Shown: piece by piece, positions 1 through 10,030 of the stretch
How the letters are laid out: the number at the start of each line of letters is the position of its first letter
Numbering within the stretch: position 1 is the stretch's first letter
NCBI GenBank assembly: GCA_004431415.1
Contig: QPMI01000240.1
Location: 1 to 45,473, forward strand
Direction: 5' to 3'
Length of the DNA: 45,473 nt
From: Cyanophora paradoxa CCMP329
Taxonomy: Eukaryota > Plantae > Glaucophyta
Made by a program: the position numbers and the translations under genes
Notes under the pieces: model-generated
Databases searched by the model: none
What the model saw: only the letters and a program-made list of their open reading frames with translations
What the model was told of the DNA's origin: nothing

Positions 1-282
1 ATATGTGCGAATGTGCCGGCGAGGCGGGAAGAGGGACGAGAATAGTGACGGGGGGAGGGGTGGGGAGGAGTCGTCCGAAAAAAGGAGTCGGGCATCGGGG
101 ATGTCCATTCCACCAATATAGTGGTAGGGAGCCGAGGCAGAGAACGTCTGCGGGGCGGTAGGTAGGGGGGCAGCTGGTCCGCTGAGGGGGACACGGGGTC
201 GGCGGGGGGAAGAGGGGGCCGGGCGGCGGGTCGTCGTTGGTGTCGGAGCCGTTGCAGGTGGCCGCGGGATGGTCTTTGGTTG

Positions 283-699
283 GTGAGAGGGGACCCACTG
301 AAGCGTGACTTGGAAGTTCGGGTCTTGGGCGATACGAATGGCGTATTGCGTTCGAGCGTTGAGGAGAAGGGCCCCGTCTTCTCGGCGGAGCAGGGTGCGG
401 AAGTTGATGGGATGGGAGAAAGATGAAGGGTCTTGAAAGGCGAAGGCTGTCAGGGCGCGGATGGTGTTCTGACTGTCCGTGATAATTTTCCCGCCCTTGG
501 GCCCGAAATACGTGAATGCTGCGGAGATTGTGCCTGCTAGCTCTCCCAGGTTCACGTTGTGTTGGACGCCGGGGAGGCGGTGGGCGAACTCGATTCTGTC
601 AGGCAGGTCGGGATTATTTTCGAGGGGTGCAAGGCCGGCGTAAGTGGTTCGGACGGAGGCAGAGCCCTGTTTTTGTGTGCTGGCGTCCGTGTATATTAT
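283..699 (-). CDS. RNase H domain of the same retrotransposon (frame runs off the left edge, so it is absent from the ORF track)
   Basis: Manual translation gives IIYTDAS (from 699) ... VNLGELAG ... KIITDSQN ... LQWVPSH (297-283), i.e. three of the four acidic catalytic motifs. Confidence 0.88.
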
Positions 700-1801
700 T
701 CGGGGAGTAGGGCCGGGGGGAGGGGGTGGGGAGTTGAGGGCACGGAGCGTCGGGCAGAGTTTGGCAAAAAGAGCTCGAGAGGTGGTGAAGACGAAATCGA
801 GCCCGGCCGGGGATTCAAAGAATACACGGTCGGCTTGTGAGGTGGGGGTCATCGGGCGTGGGCGTCGCTCAAGGGCAACATTGGTGGCCTGGGCCTCCGC
901 ACGGAAAGAGTCCCACCAGTCAGTTTCCCGGAGCCAGAGATCGATGAAGCCAATATGTGTGATTTCACGGGGGAGGTTGGGAGGGGGAATTTCGGGGTCA
1001 TATTGGGCCGCGGAGGCGTCGGAAGAGGGGTCACGGCGGGCCATTTTTGCTGCTCGTGTGGGCTGAGCGCGTGTGGTCTGCTGCCCTCTGGAGTGGGAAC
1101 ATGTGAAAGCGGAGGCGGAGTCGGGCAGCTGCCGGGAGCGGGTGGGAGCCGGCCTATTTAGGTTGGAGAGGCTCGGAGACCAGCCCTTCGATTCGCACGA
1201 GGAGCCTGCCGGAATTCGCCGAACGTGGGATGCGTATTCGACCCATCTGCAAGCAGTCGTGGAGAGGCCCAGCTCGCGATGTAGTTGTTCAGAGCCGCAA
1301 TACTGTGGGTGGGGACAGAATTGGAATTCCAGTTTGCGTTCACGCCAGGCGGGGTCGAGTTCCAGGGCCGATAGACCGGGGTCGCGCGTGGAAAATCCAT
1401 CGTAAGGGGTGAGGCAGTAATGGACGAGTTCCACCCCATAGTTATACTCTGAATCTCGGGGGCAGTTAGGATCCGCATCGGAGTCCTCCGAGGCTAGTTC
1501 GTCCGGGTTTTCGTCTGGGATAGGGGGTTTCCCCACGACGCGGCCGACCAGGCCTTGGGATGTCCAGACAAAGTCACCAATGTTGAGTCCCGCAAGGACG
1601 GCATTGGCTTGGAGAGAGCGACGAATGTCTGGGATAGAGGGCGGCGGGGGCATAGGGTAGCGGGGGAGGAAAGGAGACCGAATGGAAGGGCGGGAGAGAG
1701 AGAGTTCTTCGCGGACAGCGTCCCACCAGGAGGGGGCACGTTTGTAGTATGCCGGGACACGGCCGTGACTCCAGAGGAGGGACCATTCGGCAAGGGAGCC
1801 G

Positions 1802-4800
1802 TCAGGGGCCGTGATGTCGCGGATTGTGAGGAGGCCGCAGCGATAGAGTCGCTGACCGGCTTGTTGGAGGGTGAGGGGCGACAATTGCGTTGATATAATA
1901 TATTCTCGTCGAAGATGGGATCGGCGGGAGGGGAGGCCATGTGTCCAGATCGCACGTTGTGAGGATGTGATGGGAGGTGGAGGTCAGGTCTGCCGTGATG
2001 GCAAGCGTAATATTTTTCTGTAGTGTGAGGGGCCCCGAGGGGAGGTTCGGATATTCGTGTGGGAGAAGGGGAAGCCCGTATCGGGCCTGGGTGTCGAGGA
2101 CACGTTGTCGGTATATTTGGCCGTAGAGTGATGATGTGTGAGAGGCTAGTTCCTGGCGGAGGCGCTCGTCGACGCACTGCTGTTGGCGTTGGATGACAGC
2201 TATTGAGGGAAGGCGATAGATGGAAGAGAAGGCAGCCGTGGATACGGACTGGGCCAGGTTGGCCGTGTGTTTGGCCGCGGTGAGCCAGACAGCGTCGAGG
2301 GATTGGCATTGGGATGGCGTTAAGGTCATGATGCGGAGAGGGTATGCCAGTTTAGGGAAGAGAACCCGATGTAGTATCACTTGGAATTCGTGAACGGTAA
2401 TCTTCTTTGTGGCTAAAACGGAGATTGCGGACTGGAGCTGGGACTTGAGTAGACGGACTTGGTGGGTCCAAGACAGGTTCGCAGTAAACTGGACGCCGAG
2501 GACGCGGAATGGTGTTGTGGGGGAGAGGATGTGGCCAACTTCAGCTCTGGAATCGCCAACGCCGACATAGTATTTGCTCTTGACTGGCTCTTCGGATCGG
2601 GGGGGTTTCCAGTGGAAAATTTCCGTCTTTTTGGCGTTCAAGTTCATGCCATGGATATGGAGAAATTCGGACAGCCAGTCAAGCATATGTTGGAGACCCT
2701 GAGCCGAGCTGGCAAGCATGGTGGTGTCATCGGCGTATGCGAGCACAGAGACTGTGGGGCAGGGACCGGCGGGGAAGTAGAGGGGTTCGCCAGGGCATGG
2801 TGGGCGGGGGGAACGGGGGCGGGTAGGGTCAGATCGGTGCGGCCCGAGCTGGTAGCCGAAATTGGACTGAGTCGCTCGTTCTTCAATGGCGGTGAGAGCG
2901 GCGTCGAAGAAAATGCACCAGTGGAGAGGGGCTTCGATGCCTCCTTGGGGGAGGCCACAGGGGACTTGAAAATATTCCGTGCGGCCGTGGGGGGTAAGGA
3001 TGCACGCCGTGCGGTGTTGAGCTGCTTTTTTGTGGAGGGCTATATATCGTTTCCCTTCAGGATGGAGGTGGAGTTGGATACGATTAAGGCTGAGCTCTTG
3101 GCTATGCCAGGAGACACTGTCGTAGGCGCTGGCAATATCCCCCAGGCCGCCGAAGATTGGCTTTTTGAACTGGTGCGCGTCCTCGAGGGAGGATCGGAGG
3201 GCGTAGAGAACAGGGTCGGTAGATTCGCGGCGACAAAAACCATAGTTGCGGCCGCGTAGAATGTTATGTGTATCAATGCGGTCTTCCATGCGGTGGGTCA
3301 GGAGGCCCGTGACCAGCTTCCAGGTGACTTCTTGAAGGGTGATGGGGCGGAGATCGGCGAGATCTGCTGAATTATCTCGTTTCGGGATAGCGTAGACTTG
3401 ACCGCGAAGTGCGTGGTCGGGCACGTGGCCGAGAAGAGTGGATTGAACTAGAGCTCGGATGGCGTCGCGCGAGGTGGTCCAGTGGGCCGCGGACTCGAAG
3501 CTGTTTATCTCGTCGGTAGAGTGTGAGGCGGCTAAGGCCTGGCGTTCCGTCTTGGAGAGGCGGAGGGGGGACCAGAGCATTTTAATCATTCCGTTCGTGA
3601 AGCCGGAGGGACCGCCAGCGCCATTGGACAGGGACGAGATGAGGCGATCGAGTTCGGGGTCCTCTGGCATGGCCATTAGCCTGTCCCAGACGGCAGGGGT
3701 GAAGTGGGAAAGGGGTCGGTACTGGCGTTTCCAAAATCTGCCCAACCAGGCGCCGTTTTCAATGTCCTCGAATTTCGTAGCTATGGCATCCAGGTTTGGG
3801 GCAGCCTTGCGGAGTCGCCAGAAATTTGTGAAGTGATCCAGATGTGCGCGTTTAATTTCATTGGGATCAGTGAGCACTTCGGGTAGCCCCGCTGCCGTGC
3901 GGGTAAGGTACAGGCGGGGGGCGGATCGGAAGCGGGAGAGAAGGAGTTGAATAGCCCGACCCATACTTCGACAGTGGGACAGGAGGTGGCGGCGGGTGTC
4001 AATATTGCGAGCAATGTCGGCTTCGGTATATGCACGGCGATGATTGTCCAGGGCGGCCCGCGCCTGTAAGTGCCATGTACTTAGTTGAGTATGGTACTCG
4101 GCGATTTCAGAGCCTGTAATGGTACCATTCTCGAAGTCAGGGTAATTAGGAGGGTCGGGGAAAGCGAGGAGGGAGGGGCAGAATGCCAGTGTGGTGTCCG
4201 AGCCCGCAGATTTTCGGATGTCCGTCACGTCTTTGGGAAGGTCCCGGAGGACAGCCCGGATAGTTTCGTCAGGCGGGTGGTCTGTGGAGCCTTGGTGCGC
4301 CCAGTCGTTTAGGGCCTGTCCAACGCGGCCAACGAGTTGTTCGTCGTCAGCGTCCAGTGCAGATAGGTGGTTGAATTTAGCCATATCTCCCTGGGCAGCT
4401 ACTCGGTGTCGGAGGACTTTTGCGGTAGAGAATTCTGGAGCGTGAGCGACGGATTTGATACTTTGGGTGATTGCGCAGAGGAGGGAGCGGTGGGATTTCG
4501 TGGCGCGGTGGGCGTATTCGGGGCTGCTCTCGGGAGCGAGAAGGAGCTGGATATACCGCTGGCCGTGTTTATTGAGAAAAGCTTCGACAGCGAGCTTGAA
4601 AGCAAGCCGGATGGTTGCAGGCTGGGCGGCATAATTGAAGAGAGGAGGGAGAGGCTGGGGTCGGGGCTGGCGGGGTTCGGTCGGGGGGGCAGAGAGCACT
4701 CCTTCGGTTGTGAAAGTAGCAAGTACTGGGAAGTGGTCGGCTGAGAGCAGGGGAGAAGGTCGTCCAGGGACAGCCAGTGTACGAGTGCCTAGCGATCGGG

Positions 4801-7800
4801 CCGCTAGGGTGGGGGAGGCAAGGGCATAGTCGAGGCGGGCGGCATCCAGGAGAGGGCGGTGGCCTTGCTCATCGATGAAGTCCGCGCGGTGTGAGATGTG
4901 CGTGAAATCGCCGGGGGTACCGGTGTCGCTGAGGCCCCAGGTCGCTCGAAGGAGGGTCCAGATTTCCGCGTAGGAGTTCGGGGGGGTAGTTTCAGTGCGC
5001 GGGTTGCCCCCGGTGATCCGGTCGTTGCACGGAGAGTAGGTGCTATTCATATCGCCGAGTACCAGGAGATGTGTCTGCCAGTCAGGTTCGTGGATGTCGG
5101 GTGCGACCTTTGCGATCAGGTAGTCGGTGAGGTCGTGGAGCTCTTTTTGCAAATTGTCGTGCCCACAGTCCGGCACATAGAGTGAAAGGACAATGAGGCG
5201 CTCGCGCGTGCGCGGGAAGTCAAACCGAGCGCCGGCTACTCGGCCATCAAACGCATAATCCGCCTGGCGGTGCGCTGCATAGCTTGCTGAGATCCACAGC
5301 GCGGAGCCGGCGGTGCCAGGGCGGGCCGCAGATGGAGGGGAGTAGACAAGGTAGCTAGATTTATGGCGGCGGACTGCTGTCTTAATCAGGTGATCGCGGA
5401 TATTGGGCGGAAAGGGTTTCGAGGGGGGACGGTCGACGGGGACCATGTCGACCTCTTGAAGAGCAACGAAGTGACAGTCCCAGTCACGGCGGCCATAGTC
5501 AATGGCGCTGATAAATTTAGTTGCAATATTGTTGCCGCTCGCCTTCCCCTCCAAGCGGCGAATATTCCACGTGAGGGCGCGGAGGTTCAGCTTCGCATTA
5601 GCCGCGTCCGGGGGGTGTGCTAGGACAGGGATCTGGAGCACATCACGATGGCGGCGAGCGTCAATACGGTCAGCGGTGTAAAGAGAGGGAGGGTATAACA
5701 TTAGAAGGGACGAGGCCGCCGTGACTAGTGTCGGAGAGGAGAGGGCAGCGGCGGCGGTAGCGACTGCAGCGGCCGTTGCTGTGCTGGGCTCGATGTCCGC
5801 AAGAGCGGCGGGGACAAGGCCGGCGAGGAGAACACAGAGGAGGAGGCGCGCGGGGAGAGGGGCCGGGCGGCTGACGAACTGTTGGACTTGTGGGGCGCGG
5901 CGCGCAGGCCGGCCCAGGAGTTCGAGACCGGCGTCATGCGGCGCAGCGTCCGTGACGCCGGCGTCGGCGGGGCCAGCGCTGGCGTGCACGTGGGCACTAG
6001 CGCGGGGGCTAACTGCGAGGTACGCGGCCGTACGCATGGCTAGTACGCGTCCGGATCCGTACGCGTGGTTCGTACGACAACTCTCGGCGTCATGCAGCGC
6101 AGCGTCCGAGCTCGAGGCGCCGGCGTTGGTGGGGCCAGCACTAGCGTGGGCGCCAGTGCTAGCTGAGTAACTAGCTATAGAGCGGCTATTCAAGCACTCG
6201 CGGATTGCGGTCCAATTTGCGGAGGCATTGGGCCGCTTCGAATCATTGCCCGACTCACCAATCGCATGAATAAAAAAACCTGTTCGCGTTGGGGTTTTTT
6301 GACGGCACGCGGTGGGGGTACCGGTAGGCGCAGTGTCGTCCGGGGCCCTGAGACGTTCCGACCGGAAGGGGAAACTCCACCGGCTACTGCAGTATGCGAC
6401 GGCTCTGATGGGGCTTCCGTGCTCCAGTCCAGCGATCAAGTTCTGGAGCATGCCGTAGCGCGGTCTAGCGACCGTGGTCCAGGAGGTGCTCCAGATGTAG
6501 ACACGGCGACTGAGCTGTGAAAGTACTTGCGCGGCCTGCTGGATGCCGAGGCGAGCAGCGCGGCGTGGCGCGGCAGCGGCAATAGCATCTCGACTGGGAT
6601 TGACCTCTTGCGACGCGCTCGACGGGCGGGGCGTTGCAGAGGGACCTCCGGGACACTTCTGCAACCTTAGGTTTGCTCTAGGGATCGGACAGTCGGCTCG
6701 GGCGCAGCGCCGAGCCGCCGGGCCGACAGCGTCCTGCAGGTCGCGCGGCGTGGGCGGAGGCGAGACGGGCGGCGCGCTGAGGACCGGCGGCGGCTTCGCG
6801 TCAGGTCCGGGTCCGTCAGCACGGGCGCGGAGCAGGGCAGCGGAAAGGCTGATAGTGTCTTGCAGGTCGCGTGGTGCCGGCGCGGGCGGAGGCGAGACGG
6901 GCGGCGCGCGGGGGCCCGGCGGCGGCTTCACTGCGGGTCCGGGTCCGTAAGCGCGGGTGCGGCGCCGGGCAGCGGTGAGGCCGACAGCGTCCAGCAGGTC
7001 GCGCGGCGCCGGCGCGGGCGGAGGCGAGGCGGGCGGCGCGCTGCAACCCGGCGACGGCCTCGCGTCGGGGCCAGGTCCGTCAGCACGGGCGCAGCGCCGG
7101 GCGGCGGGGAAGTCGACAGCGCCCTGCAGGACTATCGGCATGGGCTGAGGCGAGGCGGGCGGCGCACCGGGGCTCGGCGGCGGCTTGTCTTCAGGTCCAG
7201 GTCCGTCAAATCGGGCGCAGGGCGGGGCGGCGGGGAGGCCGACGGCGTCCCGCAGGTCTAGCGACGCGATCTGGGGCGAGGCGGGTGGCACGCGGGGGCT
7301 CGGCGGGGGCTTCACTTCCGGCCCAGGTCCGTCAGCTCGGGCGCAACGCGGGGCGGGAGGGAGGCCATCAGCGTCCCGCAGGTCTAGCGACGCGAGCTGG
7401 GGCGAGGCGGGCGGCGCGCGGGGGCTCGGCGGCGGCTTCACTTCCGGCCCAGGTCCGTCCGCACGGGCGCAGCGCGGGGCGGCGGGAGGGCCGACAGCGT
7501 CCCGCAGGTCTAGCGGCGCGAGCTGGGGCGAGGCGGGCGGCGCGCGGGGGCTCGGCGGCGGCTTCACTTCCGGCCCAGGTCCGTCAGCTCGGGCGCAGCG
7601 CGGGGCGGCGGGAGGGCCGACAGCGTCCCGCAGGTCTAGCGGCGCGAGCTGGGGCGAGGCGGGCGGCGCGCGGGGGCTCGGTGGCGGCTTCACTTCCGGC
7701 CCAGGTCCGTCAGCTCGGGCGCAGCGCGGGGCGGCGGGAGGGCCGACAGCGTCCCGCAGGTCTAGCGGCGCGAGCTGGGGCGAGGCGGGCGGCGCGCGGG

Positions 7801-7819
7801 GGCTCGGCGGCGGCTTCAC
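1802..7819 (-). CDS. Retrotransposon polyprotein core: APE endonuclease (~5590-4700) and reverse transcriptase (~3400-2480); probably part of a longer ORF broken by frameshifts
   Basis: APE motifs: LTWNIRRL, VALQEVD, VLGDMNS, RLDYALAS, SADHFPV. RT motifs: LRPITLQ, NYGFCRR, DIASAYDSV, GLPQGGIEAP, LAYADD (2737-2726), LNAKKT, RVLGV. Confidence 0.95.
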   Translation of the reverse strand: MKPPPSPRAPPASPQLAPLDLRDAVGPPAAPRCARADGPGPEVKPPPSPRAPPASPQLAPLDLRDAVGPPAAPRCARADGPGPEVKPPPSPRAPPASPQLAPLDLRDAVGPPAAPRCARADGPGPEVKPPPSPRAPPASPQLASLDLRDADGLPPAPRCARADGPGPEVKPPPSPRVPPASPQIASLDLRDAVGLPAAPPCARFDGPGPEDKPPPSPGAPPASPQPMPIVLQGAVDFPAARRCARADGPGPDARPSPGCSAPPASPPPAPAPRDLLDAVGLTAARRRTRAYGPGPAVKPPPGPRAPPVSPPPAPAPRDLQDTISLSAALLRARADGPGPDAKPPPVLSAPPVSPPPTPRDLQDAVGPAARRCARADCPIPRANLRLQKCPGGPSATPRPSSASQEVNPSRDAIAAAAPRRAARLGIQQAAQVLSQLSRRVYIWSTSWTTVARPRYGMLQNLIAGLEHGSPIRAVAYCSSRWSFPFRSERLRAPDDTAPTGTPTACRQKTPTRTGFFIHAIGESGNDSKRPNASANWTAIRECLNSRSIASYSASTGAHASAGPTNAGASSSDAALHDAESCRTNHAYGSGRVLAMRTAAYLAVSPRASAHVHASAGPADAGVTDAAPHDAGLELLGRPARRAPQVQQFVSRPAPLPARLLLCVLLAGLVPAALADIEPSTATAAAVATAAAALSSPTLVTAASSLLMLYPPSLYTADRIDARRHRDVLQIPVLAHPPDAANAKLNLRALTWNIRRLEGKASGNNIATKFISAIDYGRRDWDCHFVALQEVDMVPVDRPPSKPFPPNIRDHLIKTAVRRHKSSYLVYSPPSAARPGTAGSALWISASYAAHRQADYAFDGRVAGARFDFPRTRERLIVLSLYVPDCGHDNLQKELHDLTDYLIAKVAPDIHEPDWQTHLLVLGDMNSTYSPCNDRITGGNPRTETTPPNSYAEIWTLLRATWGLSDTGTPGDFTHISHRADFIDEQGHRPLLDAARLDYALASPTLAARSLGTRTLAVPGRPSPLLSADHFPVLATFTTEGVLSAPPTEPRQPRPQPLPPLFNYAAQPATIRLAFKLAVEAFLNKHGQRYIQLLLAPESSPEYAHRATKSHRSLLCAITQSIKSVAHAPEFSTAKVLRHRVAAQGDMAKFNHLSALDADDEQLVGRVGQALNDWAHQGSTDHPPDETIRAVLRDLPKDVTDIRKSAGSDTTLAFCPSLLAFPDPPNYPDFENGTITGSEIAEYHTQLSTWHLQARAALDNHRRAYTEADIARNIDTRRHLLSHCRSMGRAIQLLLSRFRSAPRLYLTRTAAGLPEVLTDPNEIKRAHLDHFTNFWRLRKAAPNLDAIATKFEDIENGAWLGRFWKRQYRPLSHFTPAVWDRLMAMPEDPELDRLISSLSNGAGGPSGFTNGMIKMLWSPLRLSKTERQALAASHSTDEINSFESAAHWTTSRDAIRALVQSTLLGHVPDHALRGQVYAIPKRDNSADLADLRPITLQEVTWKLVTGLLTHRMEDRIDTHNILRGRNYGFCRRESTDPVLYALRSSLEDAHQFKKPIFGGLGDIASAYDSVSWHSQELSLNRIQLHLHPEGKRYIALHKKAAQHRTACILTPHGRTEYFQVPCGLPQGGIEAPLHWCIFFDAALTAIEERATQSNFGYQLGPHRSDPTRPRSPRPPCPGEPLYFPAGPCPTVSVLAYADDTTMLASSAQGLQHMLDWLSEFLHIHGMNLNAKKTEIFHWKPPRSEEPVKSKYYVGVGDSRAEVGHILSPTTPFRVLGVQFTANLSWTHQVRLLKSQLQSAISVLATKKITVHEFQVILHRVLFPKLAYPLRIMTLTPSQCQSLDAVWLTAAKHTANLAQSVSTAAFSSIYRLPSIAVIQRQQQCVDERLRQELASHTSSLYGQIYRQRVLDTQARYGLPLLPHEYPNLPSGPLTLQKNITLAITADLTSTSHHILTTCDLDTWPPLPPIPSSTRIYYINAIVAPHPPTSRSATLSLRPPHNPRHHGP

Positions 7820-10030
7820 TTCCGGCCCAAGTCCGTCCGCACGGGCGCAGCGCGGGCGGCGGGAGGGCCGACAGCGTCCCGCAGGTCTAGCGACGCGAGC
7901 TGGGGCGAGGCGGGCGGCGCGCGGGGGCTCGGCGGCGGCTTCACTTCCGGCCCAGGTCCGTCAGCTCGGGCGCAGCGCGGGCGGCGGGAGGGCCGACAGC
8001 GTCCCGCAGGTCTAGCGGCGCGAGCTGGGGCGAGGCGGGCGGCGCGCGGGGCTCGGTGGCGGCTTCACTTCCGGCCCCGGTCCGTCAGCTCGGGCGCAGC
8101 GCGGGGCGGCGGGAGGGCCGACAGCGTCCCGCAGGTCTAGCGGCGCGAGCTGGGGCGAGGCGGGCGGCGCGCGAGGGCTCGGCGGCGGCTTCACTTCCGG
8201 CCCAGGTCCGTCAGCACGGGCGCAGCGCGGGGCGGCGGGAGGGCCGACAGCGTCCCGCAGGTCTAGCGACGCGAGCTGGGGCGAGGCGGGCGGCGCGCTG
8301 GGGCACGGCGGCGGCTTCACTTCCGGCCCAGGTCCGTCAGCTCGGGCGCAGCGCGGGGCAGCAGGGGGGCCGACAGCGTCCCGCAGGTCTAGCGGCGCGA
8401 GCTGGGGCGAGGCGGGCGGCGCGCGGGGGCACGGCGGCGGCCTCATCTCAGGTCCGGGTCCGTCAGCTCGGGCGCAGCGCGGGGCGGCGGGAGGGCCGAC
8501 AGCGTCCCGCAGGTCTAGCGGCGCGAGCTGGGGCGAGGCGGGCGGCGCGCGAGGGCTCGGCGGCGGCCTCATCTCAGGTCCGGGTCCGTCAGCACGGGCG
8601 CAGCGCCGGGCGGCGGTGAGGCCGACAGCGTCCCGCAGGTCTAGCGGCGCGAGCTGGGGCGAGGCGGGCGGCGCGCGGGGGCTCGGCGGCGGCTTCACTT
8701 CCGGCCCAGGTCCGTCAGCTCGGGCGCAGCGCGGGCGGCGGGAGGGCCGACAGCGTCCCGCAGGTCTAGCGGCGCGAGCTGGGGCGAGGCGGGCGGCGCG
8801 CGGGGGCTCGGCGGCGGCTTCACTTCCGGCCCAGGTCCGTCAGCTCGGGCGCAGCGCGGGCGGCGGGGGGGCCGACATCGTCCCGCAGGTCTAGCGGCGC
8901 GAGCTGGGGCGAGGCGGGCGGCGCACGGGGGCACGGCGGCGGCTTCACTTCCGGCCCAGGTCCGTCAGCTCGGGCGCAGCGCGGGGCGGCGGGAGGGCCG
9001 ACAGCGTCCCGCAGGTCTAGCGGCGCGAGCTGGGGAGAAGCGGGCGGCGCGCGGGGGCTCGGCGGCGGCTTCACTTCCGGCCCAAGTCCGTCAGCTCGGG
9101 CGCAGCGCGGGGCAGCAGGGGGGCCGACAGCGTCCCGCAGGTCTAGCGACGCGAGCTGGGGCGAGGCGGGCGGCGCGCGGGGGCTCGGCGGCGGCTTCAC
9201 TTCCGGCCCAGGTCCGTCAGCACGGGCGCAGCGCGGGGCGGCGGGAGGGCCGACAGCGTCCCGCAGGTCTAGCGGCGCGAGCTGGGGCGAAGCGGGCGGC
9301 GCGCGGGGGCTCGGTGGCGGCTTCACTTCCGGCCCAGGTCCGTCAGCTCGGGCGCAGCACGGGGCGGCGGGAGGGCCGACAGCGTCCCGCAGGTCTAGCG
9401 GCGCAAGCTGGGGCGAGGCGGGCGGCGCGCGAGGGCTCGGCGGCGGCTTCACTTCCGGCCCAGGTCCGTCAGCACGGGCACAGCGCGGGGCGGCGGTGAG
9501 GCCGACAGCGTCCCGCAGGTCTAGCGGCGCGAGCTGGGGCGAGGCGGGCGGCGCGCGGGGGCTCGGCGACGGCTTCACTTCCGGCCCAGGTCCGTCAGCT
9601 CGGGCGCAGCGCGGGGCAGCAGGGGGGCCGACAGCGTCCCGCAGGTCTAGCGGCGCGAGCTGGGGCGAGGCGGGTGGCGCACGGGGGCACGGTGGCGGCT
9701 TCACTTCCGGCTCAGGTCCGTCAGCTCGGGCGCAGCGCGGGGCAGCAGGGGGGCCGACAGAGTCCCGCAGGTCTAGCGGCGCGAGCTGGGGCGAGGCGGG
9801 TGGCGCACGGGGGCACGGCGGCGGCTTCACTTCCGGCCCAGGTCCGTCAGCACGGGCGCAGCGCGGGGCAGCAGGGGGGCCGACAGAGTCCCGCAGGTCT
9901 AGCGGCGCGAGCTGGGGCGAGGCGGGCCGCGCGCGGGGGCTCGGCGGCGGCTTCACTTCCGGCTCAGGTCCGTCAGCTCGGGCGCAGCGCGGGGCGGCGG
10001 GAGGGCCGACAGCGTCCTGCAGGTCGCATG
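6690..10030 (-). repeat. 126-bp tandem array (~26 units) encoding a 42-aa Pro/Ala-rich repeat
   Basis: GGTCTAGC recurs at 7255, 7381 and 7507. Unit: EVKPPPSPRAPPASPQLAPLDLRDAVGPPAAPRCARADGPGP. Units degenerate toward 6690-7250. Confidence 0.95.

Noticed and set aside
6690-10030. CRISPR array
   Set aside because: Units are contiguous with no unique spacers, no cas genes are present, and the context is eukaryotic.
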